Positions 8,858-19,264 of a DNA stretch of 64,000 bases are shown piece after piece. Position 1 is the stretch's first letter. Each line of letters starts with the position of its first letter. Under the pieces are notes generated by a model that was not told the origin of the DNA, made no database searches, and was given only the letters and a program-made list of their open reading frames with translations. Origin of the DNA: Planctomycetota bacterium (GTDB lineage Bacteria; Planctomycetota; UBA8108; SXIK01); NCBI GenBank assembly GCA_965223845.1, contig CBDCXR010000004.1, positions 6,464,001 to 6,528,000 on the forward strand, given 5' to 3'. The translations under genes were made by a program, and so were the position numbers.

Positions 8858-10401
8858 TCAGGCTTCTCGAGACCATCGGGGAGCGCCACCGTCTTGATCT
8901 TTCGCTTCTTGTCGAGGTTCGCATTCAGCTCCTCGACCGTCACGACCTCGGAATCGACGCCACCCTCGGGCACCTTCGCGCCCGATACCCAGAGGATGGC
9001 GTTGAGGACCGCGCGCCGCTGGAGATCGTACGCCCAATTGCGATGCCAATGGCCGCCGGTGAAGCCGACGCCGCGCCCGCCGTCCGGACGCTCGACCCCC
9101 CACATGAGCGTTTCCACCCGTCCGGACGCCGCGACGATGTGAGGATACGGGCGCGGCGGATAGCCGTTCTTCGCGCGTGTCTTGTCGCTCGGCTTGGCGC
9201 GGAGGATCGACGTCACGCCCTTCATTTCGTCGCGGAACCGAATGCAGAAATACCATTCGTCGTGGATCGATCCCTCCGCAACACCGCGCGCGATCGGGTG
9301 ATCCTTCGTGACCTTGAGCTCGGCTTTCCAGTGTGGGTTCGACGAATACTCGTGCTCGTAGTAGCCGCCGATCCACTTTCGAAAGAACTCACCGCGCTCG
9401 CCCTTCCCGACCTCGACCGCGTAGTGCATGCACATGAGGCCGACGCCGCGCGCGAGGATCTTGTCCATCTCCTCGAAGTTCGACTCGATCGGGTGGCGCC
9501 GATTGCCATCGGAGTAGACGATGATTCCGTCGGCGTTGTCGAACGCGCTCGGGTCCTTCGGCCAACCGGAGTCGTGGTAGCTCGCGGCGACGACGGTATC
9601 GAGCGCTTTCAGCCGCCGCGCGAGGATCTTGACGCCGGCGTTGAACTCGTGCTCACCCGACGCGTGGGACGGCGCGCCGGCGACGAGCACGATCTTCTTG
9701 CGCCCGCCGTCGAGCTTGAGCCGCTTGAGCGCGATGTCCTTGAACTGCACGGTCATCGGCGGGCCCGAGTGAATCTGAAGCGCGAGACGACCGGCGGCGT
9801 CTCGGTGCGCGGCCTCTTCGTCCACGACCACCGCCGTGAGCGTTCCGTTGATCCGAAGCTCGATCCGCGGTCCGCGAGCCGTGATGTGGTAGTCGTTCCA
9901 GCCGTCCTTCTCGAACTCGAACGCGCTGAGGTCGAGCGTGCTCTCGGTTCGCTTCCCGTCCGCTGCGATCGAGGTGCTCTTCCCGCGTGCGGCGAGTCCG
10001 CGCCGTCCGGTGTGCTCGTCGTAGAGGGCGCCGAGCCACTGTCCGCTCCGGTCGATGTCCGCTTGGTAGCCGACGGCGTGACCGTCGTTCGCGATCTGCG
10101 AACGGATTTGAATGCCGGAGTTCGCGCGGTCGGAGCCGAGGATCCGAAACTTGAGCTTCAGCTCGAAGTCGTCGAGTTCTCCGCGCTGCCAGACGAGAAA
10201 CTGATTCTTCGTGCACGGCACCGCGTCGCTCGAGCGCGCGGTGATGGCCCCGTCCTCGACGGACCAGTAGCGCATGTCGGGCGCGGACCAGCCGCCGAGC
10301 GTCTCCCCGTCGAACAGGGACCGGTAGCCGTCGGCGCCCGAGGCGCTGGCGGTCGCGATGAGAGCGATGAGGGAGTGGCAGAGAAGTGTAGCTCGGAACA
10401 T
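8854..10401 (-). CDS. DUF1080 (3-keto-disaccharide hydrolase-like) + ThuA-like domain protein
   Basis: SLFDGETLGGW, DFELKLKF, NSGIQIRS, GYQADI, LQIHSGPPMTVQFKDI; then SHASGEHEF, HPIARGV, DEWYF, GFTGGHWH; signal peptide from ATG 10401. Confidence 0.9.
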   Translation of the reverse strand: MFRATLLCHSLIALIATASASGADGYRSLFDGETLGGWSAPDMRYWSVEDGAITARSSDAVPCTKNQFLVWQRGELDDFELKLKFRILGSDRANSGIQIRSQIANDGHAVGYQADIDRSGQWLGALYDEHTGRRGLAARGKSTSIAADGKRTESTLDLSAFEFEKDGWNDYHITARGPRIELRINGTLTAVVVDEEAAHRDAAGRLALQIHSGPPMTVQFKDIALKRLKLDGGRKKIVLVAGAPSHASGEHEFNAGVKILARRLKALDTVVAASYHDSGWPKDPSAFDNADGIIVYSDGNRRHPIESNFEEMDKILARGVGLMCMHYAVEVGKGERGEFFRKWIGGYYEHEYSSNPHWKAELKVTKDHPIARGVAEGSIHDEWYFCIRFRDEMKGVTSILRAKPSDKTRAKNGYPPRPYPHIVAASGRVETLMWGVERPDGGRGVGFTGGHWHRNWAYDLQRRAVLNAILWVSGAKVPEGGVDSEVVTVEELNANLDKKRKIKTVALPDGLEKPE

Positions 10402-10651
10402 GGGATCGGCGACTCGTCGGTTGTTCGTGTCCGCCCGCCGAGCGGCGGGCACAAGGTCCTGCGGAGGGGGATGATGACCGCGGCGCGGCGCCTCAACCAG
10501 CATTCTCCGTGAGTGTCGGGATTTTTCCCGCCCGGCGCCGGGAGCGCGGTCGAGTCCGGCATGGCCCTTGCCGAACCGTAGCGACGGCCTCGGGCCGGTG
10601 TTAGCGTATCGGTTCGCAGAACGCCGGCCGGTCGAAAGCGCCGGCCGCGGA

Positions 10652-10680
10652 TTTCACCGTCCGGCTCGTCCGGGTAGAAT
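10652..10680 (+). promoter_or_regulatory. Putative sigma70-type promoter
   Basis: TTTCAC-N17-TAGAAT about 65 bp upstream of ATG 10745. Confidence 0.4.
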
Positions 10681-10744
10681 GGCTTACTTCGAGCCCGCGC
10701 ATCGAAGGACCGCGCGGGTGGCGCCTTCCCCAGAGGATTTTTTC

Positions 10745-11962
10745 ATGAGACTGCTCGCTACGAAACTCTGCGTGTTCGTCGCGTTGTTCGCGTTCGTGTG
10801 TGCACCTGTCGATGCGCGCCCCGATGACAAGCCCGAAGACAAGCCCGAAGACAAGGCCGCTGCGATCGAGTTTCAGAAACAGATCGCGCCGATCCTGAAG
10901 GAGAACTGTCTCCGCTGTCACGGCGAGAAGAAGGCGAAGGGGAAGCTTCGACTCCACACCGGTGCTGAGATCACGAAGGCGAAGGTCATCGTTCCCGGCA
11001 AGCCGGAGGAGAGCGAGCTCTACCGACGGATCATTCTTCCGGAAGATCACGACGACATCATGCCGCCGAGCGGCGATCCGCTCTCGAAGGAAGATCAGGA
11101 AGCCATCAAGCAGTGGATCCTCGCCGGCGCGAACTTCGGGGCCGGTGGTGGCGAGCCGGCGCCGGAACCGAAAAAGGATCCGGGCCCGCCCGAGCCCGAA
11201 GCGGCGCCGCCGGCCGACGCGCTCGAGAAGATTCGTTCGCTCGGTGCGCTCGTTCTGCCGCTCTACCAGGGATCGAATCTGATCTCGGTCGACTTTCGAG
11301 CGACGGCTCCGGAGATCGGCGACGAGCAGCTCAAGGCGCTCGAGCCCGTCGCGCAGCACGTCACGAGACTGAACCTCGCTCGCACGAAGGTGACCGATTC
11401 GGGTCTCGCGCCGCTCGCGAAGCTTTCCAATCTCGAGCGATTGCACCTCGAGAAGACCGGCGTCGGCGACGCGGCGCTCGCGCATGTCGTAAAGTTGCCG
11501 TTCCTTCGCTACTTGAACGTCTACGGGACCAAAGTCACGGACGCCGGTCTCGGCCACGTGAAGAACATGGCCGGGTTGAGAAAGCTCTACCTCTGGCAGA
11601 CGGGCGTCACCTACGCCGCTTATCTCGACCTGAAGAGTGCGCGTGAGGATCTCCGCGCGGACCTCGGGTGGGACCATCCCGGCATCGTAAAGGAGCGTCT
11701 CACGAAGAACCTCGCCGCGGCGGCGAAGGAAAAGGAAGAGGCCGCGAAGCGCGAAGAAGACGCCAAGAAAGAGAAAGAAGCCGCGGCCAAGCGCGAGGAA
11801 GAGGCGAAGAAAGCGAAGGAGGCGGCAGCGAAACGAGAAGAAGAGCTCAAGAAGAAGCTCGACGAGCTCTCCAAGCCCGCCGGCGACAAAGTCGCCGACG
11901 CGAAGCCGCCCGAAGAAAAAAAGGAAGGCGCTGAGAAAGCCGGCGATAAGAAGGACAACTGA
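10745..11962 (+). CDS. Planctomycete cytochrome c domain + leucine-rich repeats + K/E/A-rich coiled-coil tail
   Basis: Signal peptide; IAPILKENCLRCHG...PGKPEESELYRRI...MPP; LRRs (LNLARTKVTDSGL, LHLEKTGVGDAAL, LNVYGTKVTDAGL, LYLWQTGVT). Confidence 0.88.
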   Translation: MRLLATKLCVFVALFAFVCAPVDARPDDKPEDKPEDKAAAIEFQKQIAPILKENCLRCHGEKKAKGKLRLHTGAEITKAKVIVPGKPEESELYRRIILPEDHDDIMPPSGDPLSKEDQEAIKQWILAGANFGAGGGEPAPEPKKDPGPPEPEAAPPADALEKIRSLGALVLPLYQGSNLISVDFRATAPEIGDEQLKALEPVAQHVTRLNLARTKVTDSGLAPLAKLSNLERLHLEKTGVGDAALAHVVKLPFLRYLNVYGTKVTDAGLGHVKNMAGLRKLYLWQTGVTYAAYLDLKSAREDLRADLGWDHPGIVKERLTKNLAAAAKEKEEAAKREEDAKKEKEAAAKREEEAKKAKEAAAKREEELKKKLDELSKPAGDKVADAKPPEEKKEGAEKAGDKKDN

Positions 11963-11991
11963 CGCTCGCCCGGCAGCGCAGGAGATGGAGC

Positions 11992-12023
11992 ACCCGCGGC
12001 TCGGCGACGAGTCGCGGGTTTTT
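11992..12023 (+). terminator. Intrinsic terminator
   Basis: ACCCGCGGCTCG-gcga-CGAGTCGCGGGT hairpin followed by T-run, 30 bp after stop 11962. Confidence 0.8.
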
Positions 12024-12061
12024 CGATGGTCCGCGCGGTGAGCTGAACCGAGGGGTGAGAA

Positions 12062-12838
12062 GTGCCTGAGCTCTCGGACGGCGCGGTGGTGGCGGTTCTG
12101 GGGGCGATCGTCGTCGGCGCGGCGGTCCTCGCGACGGTGCTTTGGCGGTCGGTGGATCGAGATCGTCGCCCCGCCACGAACACCGGTGGCGGTGGGGGCA
12201 TCGGGCAGGCCCTGGGACGTGTGGTGCTCACGCTTCTCCTCGCGATCGGTCTCGTCGTCTGTGCGGTTCAGCCGGCGTTCGCCTCGAGGCTCTTCGCGTA
12301 CTTTCTCGGCGTCGCGGCGCTCGTGGTCGCGGCTGCGTTCGGGCGCGCGTGGTGGCGGACCCGCCACTTCACTCGAGCCCGGCGTCTCGCTGAGCGGGGT
12401 GACGTCGACGGCGCGATCTTTCATCTGCGCGATCGAGTCGATGACGCCGCCGCGCGCGAGGACGCGGTCGCGATCTTGCTCGCCACCTTTGGCCGGTATC
12501 CGGAAGCGCTCGCCGCCGCGCGGGCCGCGTACGAGGCGAACGCGGAAATCGGGCGCTCAACCGAGGGTGCGATCCTCCTCGGGATGGGGCGGACGGATCG
12601 AGCCATCGAGCTCCTCGCCGAGGAGCTCACGAAGCGTGCCGACGACTTCGTGACGCGGTCGAACTACGCGCTCGCGCTGACGCAGGCCGGGCGACAACGC
12701 GATGCGGCGGCGGAGCTCGAACGTCTTCGCGCGCAGCACGATGAGCTCCCGACCGTGCCGCGACGGGCGCATCGAGAACGAACGCGAATCCTCGAGGCGG
12801 TGGAGACCGCGTTCGCCGACGCAGCGACGGGCGACTGA
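12062..12838 (+). CDS. Membrane protein with C-terminal TPR-like repeats
   Basis: Three TM segments then helical repeats (GRYPEALAAARAA, GRTDRAIELL, SNYALALTQAGRQRDA); GAGGGG SD before GTG. Confidence 0.75.
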   Translation: MPELSDGAVVAVLGAIVVGAAVLATVLWRSVDRDRRPATNTGGGGGIGQALGRVVLTLLLAIGLVVCAVQPAFASRLFAYFLGVAALVVAAAFGRAWWRTRHFTRARRLAERGDVDGAIFHLRDRVDDAAAREDAVAILLATFGRYPEALAAARAAYEANAEIGRSTEGAILLGMGRTDRAIELLAEELTKRADDFVTRSNYALALTQAGRQRDAAAELERLRAQHDELPTVPRRAHRERTRILEAVETAFADAATGD

Positions 12839-13113
12839 ATCCTCAGGCGAATCCGCGCTCGGTGGTCTTCGTCGCGTCGCTGCGCGCGCTAGAGCTGCAC
12901 GCAGTCCACCGTTTAGACCACTCCGATCCGGCCAATCGTGAGGCGAAGATCGCGGTGAAGGCAAGCGTTCCGCTTCGTCTGAACAGACCACCAAGAGTCG
13001 ATGTCATCGAGAACGGACGACGCCGTCGACTTCGCTCATCGCGACTCGTTCGAACAGTGCAAGCTACTATGGTTACCTGCTTCACACTCGTTGATGCATC
13101 GAGACAGAGAGCG

Positions 13114-13142
13114 TTGAGGCACGCATCGACGAGCGGTAGAGT
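13114..13142 (+). promoter_or_regulatory. Putative sigma70-type promoter
   Basis: TTGAGG-N17-TAGAGT in a lower-GC intergenic stretch, ~100 bp upstream of ATG 13246. Confidence 0.45.
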
Positions 13143-13245
13143 AGCCCATTCGCGACCTCGCTTCGCTTTGGTTCTGAGGAGCCCTCGCGACGAAGTCACG
13201 ATCGATAGGATCGCTGCCGTGCAGATTGTAGAGAAGGTGTGTCCG

Positions 13246-15348
13246 ATGCAGATTTGCAACGCCGCAGTGGGGGTGGGCTTGTTCGTGGTCGCACTCGAGG
13301 GTGCGCTGTTCGCGCAAGGCGGGACGATTGCGCTCGACGATGCCAACGACGCGCAAGATGTCATCTTGCTCGAGGGCCCGGTCGTCTTCGTTCGCCACCC
13401 GCACAAGCAAGTCGGTGGCTTCGGGCGTGAGCCGCATCGGCTGGCCGGCGTCGACACCGTCGAGGTCGACCACGCCGGAAACTTCTACGTCTACGATCCG
13501 CGTCAACACTGCATCAAGGTGTGGTCCCTCGATCGCAGCGGCGAGGACGTGATCGAGGTGATCACGTCCGAATCGATCGAGGAGTCCGGACTCGCGGGGC
13601 TCGGACGAGTGCGCGGAATCTCGGCCGGTAGAGCCTTCGATCCGGACGAGGAGACGCGCGTCCTGATCCTCGATTGCGACGCCGAACGCACGCCCTGCTG
13701 CCGAATCCTCGAACGGCGCTCGCGCCACGACGGACGCTGGCGGCAGCTCGAGCACACGCGATTCTTCTCACGTCCACATGACCTCACGGTCGATCGAAGA
13801 GGCCGCATCGTGATCGCGGAGCGCGGCGGGACGATCGAGGTCCTCGAGCCCGACGGTGCCGGGCGCGATCTCGATTTCGCGCGGAACGGCGTGCTGAAAC
13901 TCGGCGCGGTCGCCGGGATTCGAGTGAGCGCGTTCAAGGCCGTGGACACGGACCTCGCCGGCAATCTGTACGTCAGTGACAAGAACAACGGCCGCATTCT
14001 CAAGCTGTCACCGAAGGGAGACGTCCTCCGCGTCATCGGCGAGCAGGGCGCCGCGAAGCACCAGTTCGCCGCTCAGGTCGAAGGCGTCGCGGTCGACTGG
14101 CGCGGAAACGTCTACGGTCGCGATGAGAAGAACGAGCGTTTCCTCGTCTTCGGGCCGGACGGCGAGTTTGTCGGCGCGTTCGGTGAGCGGGGCCTCGAGC
14201 CGAATCAGCAGGAAGGAGCCGACGAGTTCACGATCGCGAAGTCGCGCGACACGATCATTATCGCCGACGCTCTCAACTATCGGGCCTCCGCACACAGCCT
14301 TCGGCGGGCGAGCTTTCACGAGGAGGTCGTCGCGGCGGCAACCGACTATCCGCGAGGACTCGTCGTCCTTCCGATTTGGATCGCCGGCGGGAAGCGGGGC
14401 GATGCTCCGGGCGAGGAGTTCGACGAGCCGAACGAGCTCGCGTTCGATCGCGAGGGGAGATTGTGGGCCGGTGACGTCTACAACTTCCGGGTGCAGATTT
14501 TCGCTCAAGATGGGACGTTCGTCGCTGTCGTCGGCGGCGAAGGGTCGGCGCCGGGCGAATTCGTGCGACCGGGGTCAGGAAAGTTCGGCGCCGAAGCGAT
14601 TCGAGCCGATTCCGAAAACTCCGTCTACGTCGTCGATCGCGGTGGCGACAAGATCAACGTCTACGACGGCGGCTCGTTCGAGTGCGTGCGGATGATTCGC
14701 GACCCGGAGCGGTTCGAAGATCCGACGGGACTCGCGATCGACTCGAAGGACCGGCTCTACGTCGCCGATCAGGGCACGGGAAGCGTTCATCAGTACTCGC
14801 GCGGAGGGGAGTACCAGCGAACGTTCGAGCACACGCGGGGCGGCGAGATCATCCTCAAGAAGACGGAGACGCTCGCGCTCGACGAAGCCCGCGATCGACT
14901 GTTCGCCTCGAGCGAGGATGCTTCGCGCGTCGAAGCGTTCGGGCTCTCGAGCGGAACATCGCTCGGGCTTCACGTCGTCGAGATTCAAACGAGCGGTCGC
15001 CCCATGCCGGGACGCGTGATCGACGACGTCGAGGGGATCGCCACGGACACCGTGAACGACTGGCTTCTCGTCTCCGATGAGGACAACGGTCGGTTCCTCG
15101 TTCACGATCTCGGGCGGGAAACGCTCGGAGACCCCGGCGACGATTTCGCGTTCATTGGCGCGTTCGGTCAGCTCGGAAGCGGACCCGGCGAGTTTCTGTC
15201 GGCGGACGGCGTCGTGGCCGCTCCGGAGATCGGGCTCATCGCGGTCGCCGATCAGGGAAACTTCCGCATTCAGGTGTTTCGCATCGACGACGTGAAGAAG
15301 GCGTTCGCGGGGAGCGCTGGAGTTTCGACCGCTTCGCGCGCCGAGTGA
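13246..15348 (+). CDS. Secreted double NHL/6-bladed beta-propeller protein
   Basis: Repeats LYVSDKNNGRI, FDEPNELAFD, GDVYNFRVQIF, FEDPTGLAID, VADQGNFRIQVF; start moved to ATG 13246 after GAGAAGG. Confidence 0.85.
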   Translation: MQICNAAVGVGLFVVALEGALFAQGGTIALDDANDAQDVILLEGPVVFVRHPHKQVGGFGREPHRLAGVDTVEVDHAGNFYVYDPRQHCIKVWSLDRSGEDVIEVITSESIEESGLAGLGRVRGISAGRAFDPDEETRVLILDCDAERTPCCRILERRSRHDGRWRQLEHTRFFSRPHDLTVDRRGRIVIAERGGTIEVLEPDGAGRDLDFARNGVLKLGAVAGIRVSAFKAVDTDLAGNLYVSDKNNGRILKLSPKGDVLRVIGEQGAAKHQFAAQVEGVAVDWRGNVYGRDEKNERFLVFGPDGEFVGAFGERGLEPNQQEGADEFTIAKSRDTIIIADALNYRASAHSLRRASFHEEVVAAATDYPRGLVVLPIWIAGGKRGDAPGEEFDEPNELAFDREGRLWAGDVYNFRVQIFAQDGTFVAVVGGEGSAPGEFVRPGSGKFGAEAIRADSENSVYVVDRGGDKINVYDGGSFECVRMIRDPERFEDPTGLAIDSKDRLYVADQGTGSVHQYSRGGEYQRTFEHTRGGEIILKKTETLALDEARDRLFASSEDASRVEAFGLSSGTSLGLHVVEIQTSGRPMPGRVIDDVEGIATDTVNDWLLVSDEDNGRFLVHDLGRETLGDPGDDFAFIGAFGQLGSGPGEFLSADGVVAAPEIGLIAVADQGNFRIQVFRIDDVKKAFAGSAGVSTASRAE

Positions 15349-15664
15349 CTCTCGAGTTCGTCGAGCGTTCGCCCTCTCTCGGATTTCTCTTCTTTGCCCG
15401 CGTTGCGTCGCGTGCGTCTCGCCGAGCGTAACTCGCCTGGCGAAGAGGCGATGCGTCGAGACCGCTCGTTTCTCCCGCGATGGGCCCGCGGGTCTCCGCA
15501 CCGCAGAGCGAGCCCGGGTTGATCGCCGCTCCGGCCGCCGAACTCGAACTTCCCTTCTTCGATCTTCCTCGGAGTGGAGATCGAGTTCGCGTCTTCACGC
15601 AATCTTAGCGTAAGATCGAAACCCGCTTGGATTGGCGTAGCGGCAGCGGAAACTCGGGAGCGAA

Positions 15665-18600
15665 ATGATGTCGAGGTCGAAGGACCGTTGGATGTTCGTG
15701 TCGGCGGCGCTCATCGCGTCGACCCTACTCGTCGCGATCCTCCCTGTTGCCGATGCAACGGCGCAGAGTCTCGTGATCTCCGAGTTCATGGCGATGAACG
15801 ACGACATCCTCGCCGACGAGGACGGAGAGTATTCCGACTGGGTGGAGGTCTACAACGCGGGCGCGGACGCGGTGAGCCTCGCTGGGTGGGCGCTCACCGA
15901 CGACGAGAGCGAGTCGGAGAAATGGACCTTCCCCGAGCTCGAGCTCCCGGCCGGCGGGTTTCTGGTCGTTTTTGCCTCGGGAAAGGATCGCCGCGATCCA
16001 GATGCCGAGCTGCACACGAGCTTTCGCCTGAGCGGGGCCGGTGAGTACCTCGCGCTGGTCGAGCCGGGCGGGGTGCGCACCGTCTCCGAGTATCGCCCCG
16101 AGTACCCGGCGCAAGTTGCGTACGCGTCCTACGGTCGGCCGATGACGACGACGCGCTTCGCCTTCGCGACCGAGGGCGAGGCGGTGCGCTATTTTGTTCC
16201 GACCGACGATAGTCTAGGCGACGCGTGGCGCGATCTCGAATTCGACGACGCCGGCTGGGCGAGCGGACCGACGCCGATCGGATTCGATCAGAAATCGACG
16301 ACGACCTTCGCCGAGATCGTCGCGACCGACGTCGCCGAAGTCTTTCGCGGAGTCAATCCGGGGATCTTTCTTCGGAAGCGGTTTACGTTCAGCGGTGCGC
16401 GCCCCGACGAGCTCGACGTCCTTCTTCTTCGTGCGCGTTACGAGGACGGTTTCGCCGCGTACCTAAACGGCGAGCTCGTGGCGAGCGCGGAAGTGCCGGA
16501 GGATCTCGATTGGAGCTCGCGGGCGGACTCCTCGCGTCAGGCTGGCCGCGAGACGGAAATCGTGCTTTTCGACATTACCTCGTCGCTCGCGCATCTCCGC
16601 GAGGGGGAGAACGTCCTCGCGATCCACGCACTCAACCGAAGCGTGAGCAATTCCGATTTCTTGATTTCGGTCGATCTCGAGGGAGTGCGGGTCGATGGCA
16701 TCGAGACGACCACGCGACGGTTTTTCGACCAGCCTTCTCCGGGACTCCCCAACGGCGAGGGATCGGAACGCATCGCCGAGAGCCCGACGTTTTCGCGTCC
16801 GACGGGGGTCTCGGTCGAAGACGTGATACTCGAGCTGTCGACGGCGACGCCCGGCGGGCAAATCCGCTACACGACGGACGGCTCGAAGCCCGAACCGCAT
16901 TCGCCCCTCTACAGCGGGACGATCACACTCGATCGGACGCTTGTGGTTCGCGCGCGGACGTTCGCGCCGGGCTACGTCCGGAGTCCCGTCAGCACGGAGA
17001 GCTACGTCCGTCTTGCCGACGATGTCGTCAGGTTCTCGTCGGATCTCCCGATTTTCGTGATCAATACGTTCGGCGGGGCCATCACCCCGACCGTCTTTAG
17101 GGACGCCCACGTCTACGTAACCGATGTCGGTGAAGACGGCCGAGCAACGCTGACGGACGGCGTCGATTTCGCCGGACCGGGCGCACTCAAGGTTCGCGGA
17201 TCGAGCACCGAAGGTCGTCCGAAGAAGGCGTTCAATCTCGAACTGCGCGACGATCGCGGCGATGACCGAGCCGCGAGCTTGCTCGGGCTCCCGGCGGATG
17301 CCGATTGGGTCCTCTACGCTCCCTACAACTTCGACCGCGCTCTGATGCGGAATCCGTTCGTGTACGAGGTGAGCAATCAGGTGGGCCGCTACGCGACCCG
17401 CACGCGCTTCTGCGAGGTCTTCGTGAACACGTCGGGCGGTCCCGTGCGCTACGCGAACTACGTGGGGCTCTACGTTCTCATCGAGAAGATCACTCGGGGA
17501 GAGCACCGCGTCGACGTCGAAAAGCTCGAACCGTTCCACAACTCGAGACCGGAGATCACGGGCGGGTACATGCTCAAGATCGATCGACCGGATCCGGGCG
17601 ACATCGGCTTCAACGCCGGCGGAGAGAGCATCAAGTACGTCGATCCGAAGGAAGAGGACGTCACGACGGAGCAACGCCAGTACATCTCGTCGTTCGTCGC
17701 GCAGATGGCGCGGTCGACGTCTTTCCCGGACGCCCACGACGCCCTGAATGGCTATCACGCCTTCCTCGATGAACAGTCGTGGATCGACCATCATCTCATC
17801 AACGAGTTCACGAAGAATCCGGACGCGCTTCGTCTCAGCACCTACTTCTTCAAGCCGCGCGGCGGTGTGATGGAGTACGGGCCGGTGTGGGACTTCGATC
17901 GCACGCTCGGACCGGACGACGACGCGCGCGCCGCGAGCCCGATCGGCTGGATGGGGCCGCATGCTTCCGGTTGGTGGGGCGCGCTGCTTCGCCGGCCAGA
18001 CTTCTCGAGCGCCTACAGCGAGCGCTGGATCGACCTGCGCGAGGGCGCGTTCGCGACGGAGAACCTCCTCTCGATCATCGACAGTATGGCGGCAGAGCTC
18101 GCCGAGGCGCAGGTGCGGAACTACGAGCGGTGGCGTGGTCTCGTCAACCCGAACGGCGGTTGGGAGAACGAGGTGCGCTCGCTCAAGAATTGGGTGACGC
18201 AGCGCGTCGCGTGGATGGACAGCGAGCTCCTTCTTCCCCCAGAGTTCAGCCATCCCGGCGGCCCCGTCTCGGCCGGGTTTACCGTCTCACTCCTCACGCC
18301 GAAGGGCGACATCTACTACACGATCGATGGTTCCGATCCCGCGAACCGGGGGGACATCGCGGCGACGGCGCGGCTCTACGACGGGCCGATCCCGATTGAG
18401 GGAACGATGGCGATCACTGCGCGGACGCGCTTCGGAGAGACTTGGAGCCGCCCGGTGGACGAGGTCTACGCGACGGGAGTGCCCCGTCTCGTCGTCACGG
18501 AAGTGAACTACGACCCGCCGAAGGATGCCGAGACGGATTTCTCTGGCGCAGACCGAGAGTTTATCGAGCTGCAGAACGTCGGTGACGTGCCGATCGACCT

Positions 18601-19264
18601 GACGGATTGGGAGCTCGGCCCGCGTCCGAGCTTCGACTTCAACGAGAGTGCAGTCAAGACGCTCGCACCCGGCGAGTTCCTGGTGATCGTGAACGACCTC
18701 GAGGGATTTGTCTCACGCTACGGCGACGAAGGGATCCAGATCGCGGGAGAGTACACTCGGAGCCTCGGAAGCAGCGTGCAGCCCATCGGGGTGATCGACG
18801 CGAACGGATCGCCGGTCGTACAGTTCAGCTACGATGGCAATTGGTATCCCGAGGCGAAGAAAGACGGTGGTCACTCCATCGTCATCCGCGATGCTCGCGC
18901 GGCACCCGAGACGTGGATCCACGGGGAGAGCTGGCGGGCGAGCGCGGCGGTCTTCGGGTCACCGGGCGCCGAAGATCCCGATCCGACCCCGGGCGGTCAG
19001 ATCCCCGGCGATCACAATCAGGACGGCCGATTCAACATCGCCGACGCGATCGGTCTCCTCGGCTATCTCTTCGAAGGGACGGAGGCGCCGTGCGCAACCG
19101 AGGACGCGGTCACCGCTCTCCTCGACGTGAACGGCGATGCTCGAGTGAATATCGCCGACGCGATCTTCTCTCTGAGCTACCTCTTCGTCGACGGGGAGCC
19201 ACCGGTCTTCGGGATCGACTGCCGGCCGATCGCGGGTTGTGGGACGGTGTGCGTCGACGGGTAG
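15665..19264 (+). CDS. CotH kinase-family protein with lamin-tail domains, chitobiase/Fn3-associated domains and C-terminal dockerin-like domain
   Basis: LVISEFMA..DEDGEYSDWVEVYN (LTD); IRYTTDGSKP, IYYTIDGSDP; VRGSST..KKAF, DWVLYAPY..DRALMRN, YVGLYVLIEKI, GPVWDFD (CotH); GDHNQDGRFNIADAI and DVNGDARVNIADAI (dockerin). Confidence 0.92.
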   Translation: MMSRSKDRWMFVSAALIASTLLVAILPVADATAQSLVISEFMAMNDDILADEDGEYSDWVEVYNAGADAVSLAGWALTDDESESEKWTFPELELPAGGFLVVFASGKDRRDPDAELHTSFRLSGAGEYLALVEPGGVRTVSEYRPEYPAQVAYASYGRPMTTTRFAFATEGEAVRYFVPTDDSLGDAWRDLEFDDAGWASGPTPIGFDQKSTTTFAEIVATDVAEVFRGVNPGIFLRKRFTFSGARPDELDVLLLRARYEDGFAAYLNGELVASAEVPEDLDWSSRADSSRQAGRETEIVLFDITSSLAHLREGENVLAIHALNRSVSNSDFLISVDLEGVRVDGIETTTRRFFDQPSPGLPNGEGSERIAESPTFSRPTGVSVEDVILELSTATPGGQIRYTTDGSKPEPHSPLYSGTITLDRTLVVRARTFAPGYVRSPVSTESYVRLADDVVRFSSDLPIFVINTFGGAITPTVFRDAHVYVTDVGEDGRATLTDGVDFAGPGALKVRGSSTEGRPKKAFNLELRDDRGDDRAASLLGLPADADWVLYAPYNFDRALMRNPFVYEVSNQVGRYATRTRFCEVFVNTSGGPVRYANYVGLYVLIEKITRGEHRVDVEKLEPFHNSRPEITGGYMLKIDRPDPGDIGFNAGGESIKYVDPKEEDVTTEQRQYISSFVAQMARSTSFPDAHDALNGYHAFLDEQSWIDHHLINEFTKNPDALRLSTYFFKPRGGVMEYGPVWDFDRTLGPDDDARAASPIGWMGPHASGWWGALLRRPDFSSAYSERWIDLREGAFATENLLSIIDSMAAELAEAQVRNYERWRGLVNPNGGWENEVRSLKNWVTQRVAWMDSELLLPPEFSHPGGPVSAGFTVSLLTPKGDIYYTIDGSDPANRGDIAATARLYDGPIPIEGTMAITARTRFGETWSRPVDEVYATGVPRLVVTEVNYDPPKDAETDFSGADREFIELQNVGDVPIDLTDWELGPRPSFDFNESAVKTLAPGEFLVIVNDLEGFVSRYGDEGIQIAGEYTRSLGSSVQPIGVIDANGSPVVQFSYDGNWYPEAKKDGGHSIVIRDARAAPETWIHGESWRASAAVFGSPGAEDPDPTPGGQIPGDHNQDGRFNIADAIGLLGYLFEGTEAPCATEDAVTALLDVNGDARVNIADAIFSLSYLFVDGEPPVFGIDCRPIAGCGTVCVDG

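Noticed and set aside
12839-13245. N-terminal 128 aa of ORF 12862 or a pseudogene in this lower-GC gap
   Set aside because: Non-protein-like translation; promoter and SD support ATG 13246
10601-18253. Long antisense ORFs 10601-12424 and 16463-18253 (and similar elsewhere, e.g. 38569-40167, 52712-54379)
   Set aside because: Opposite well-supported genes; typical stop-poor frames of high-GC DNA
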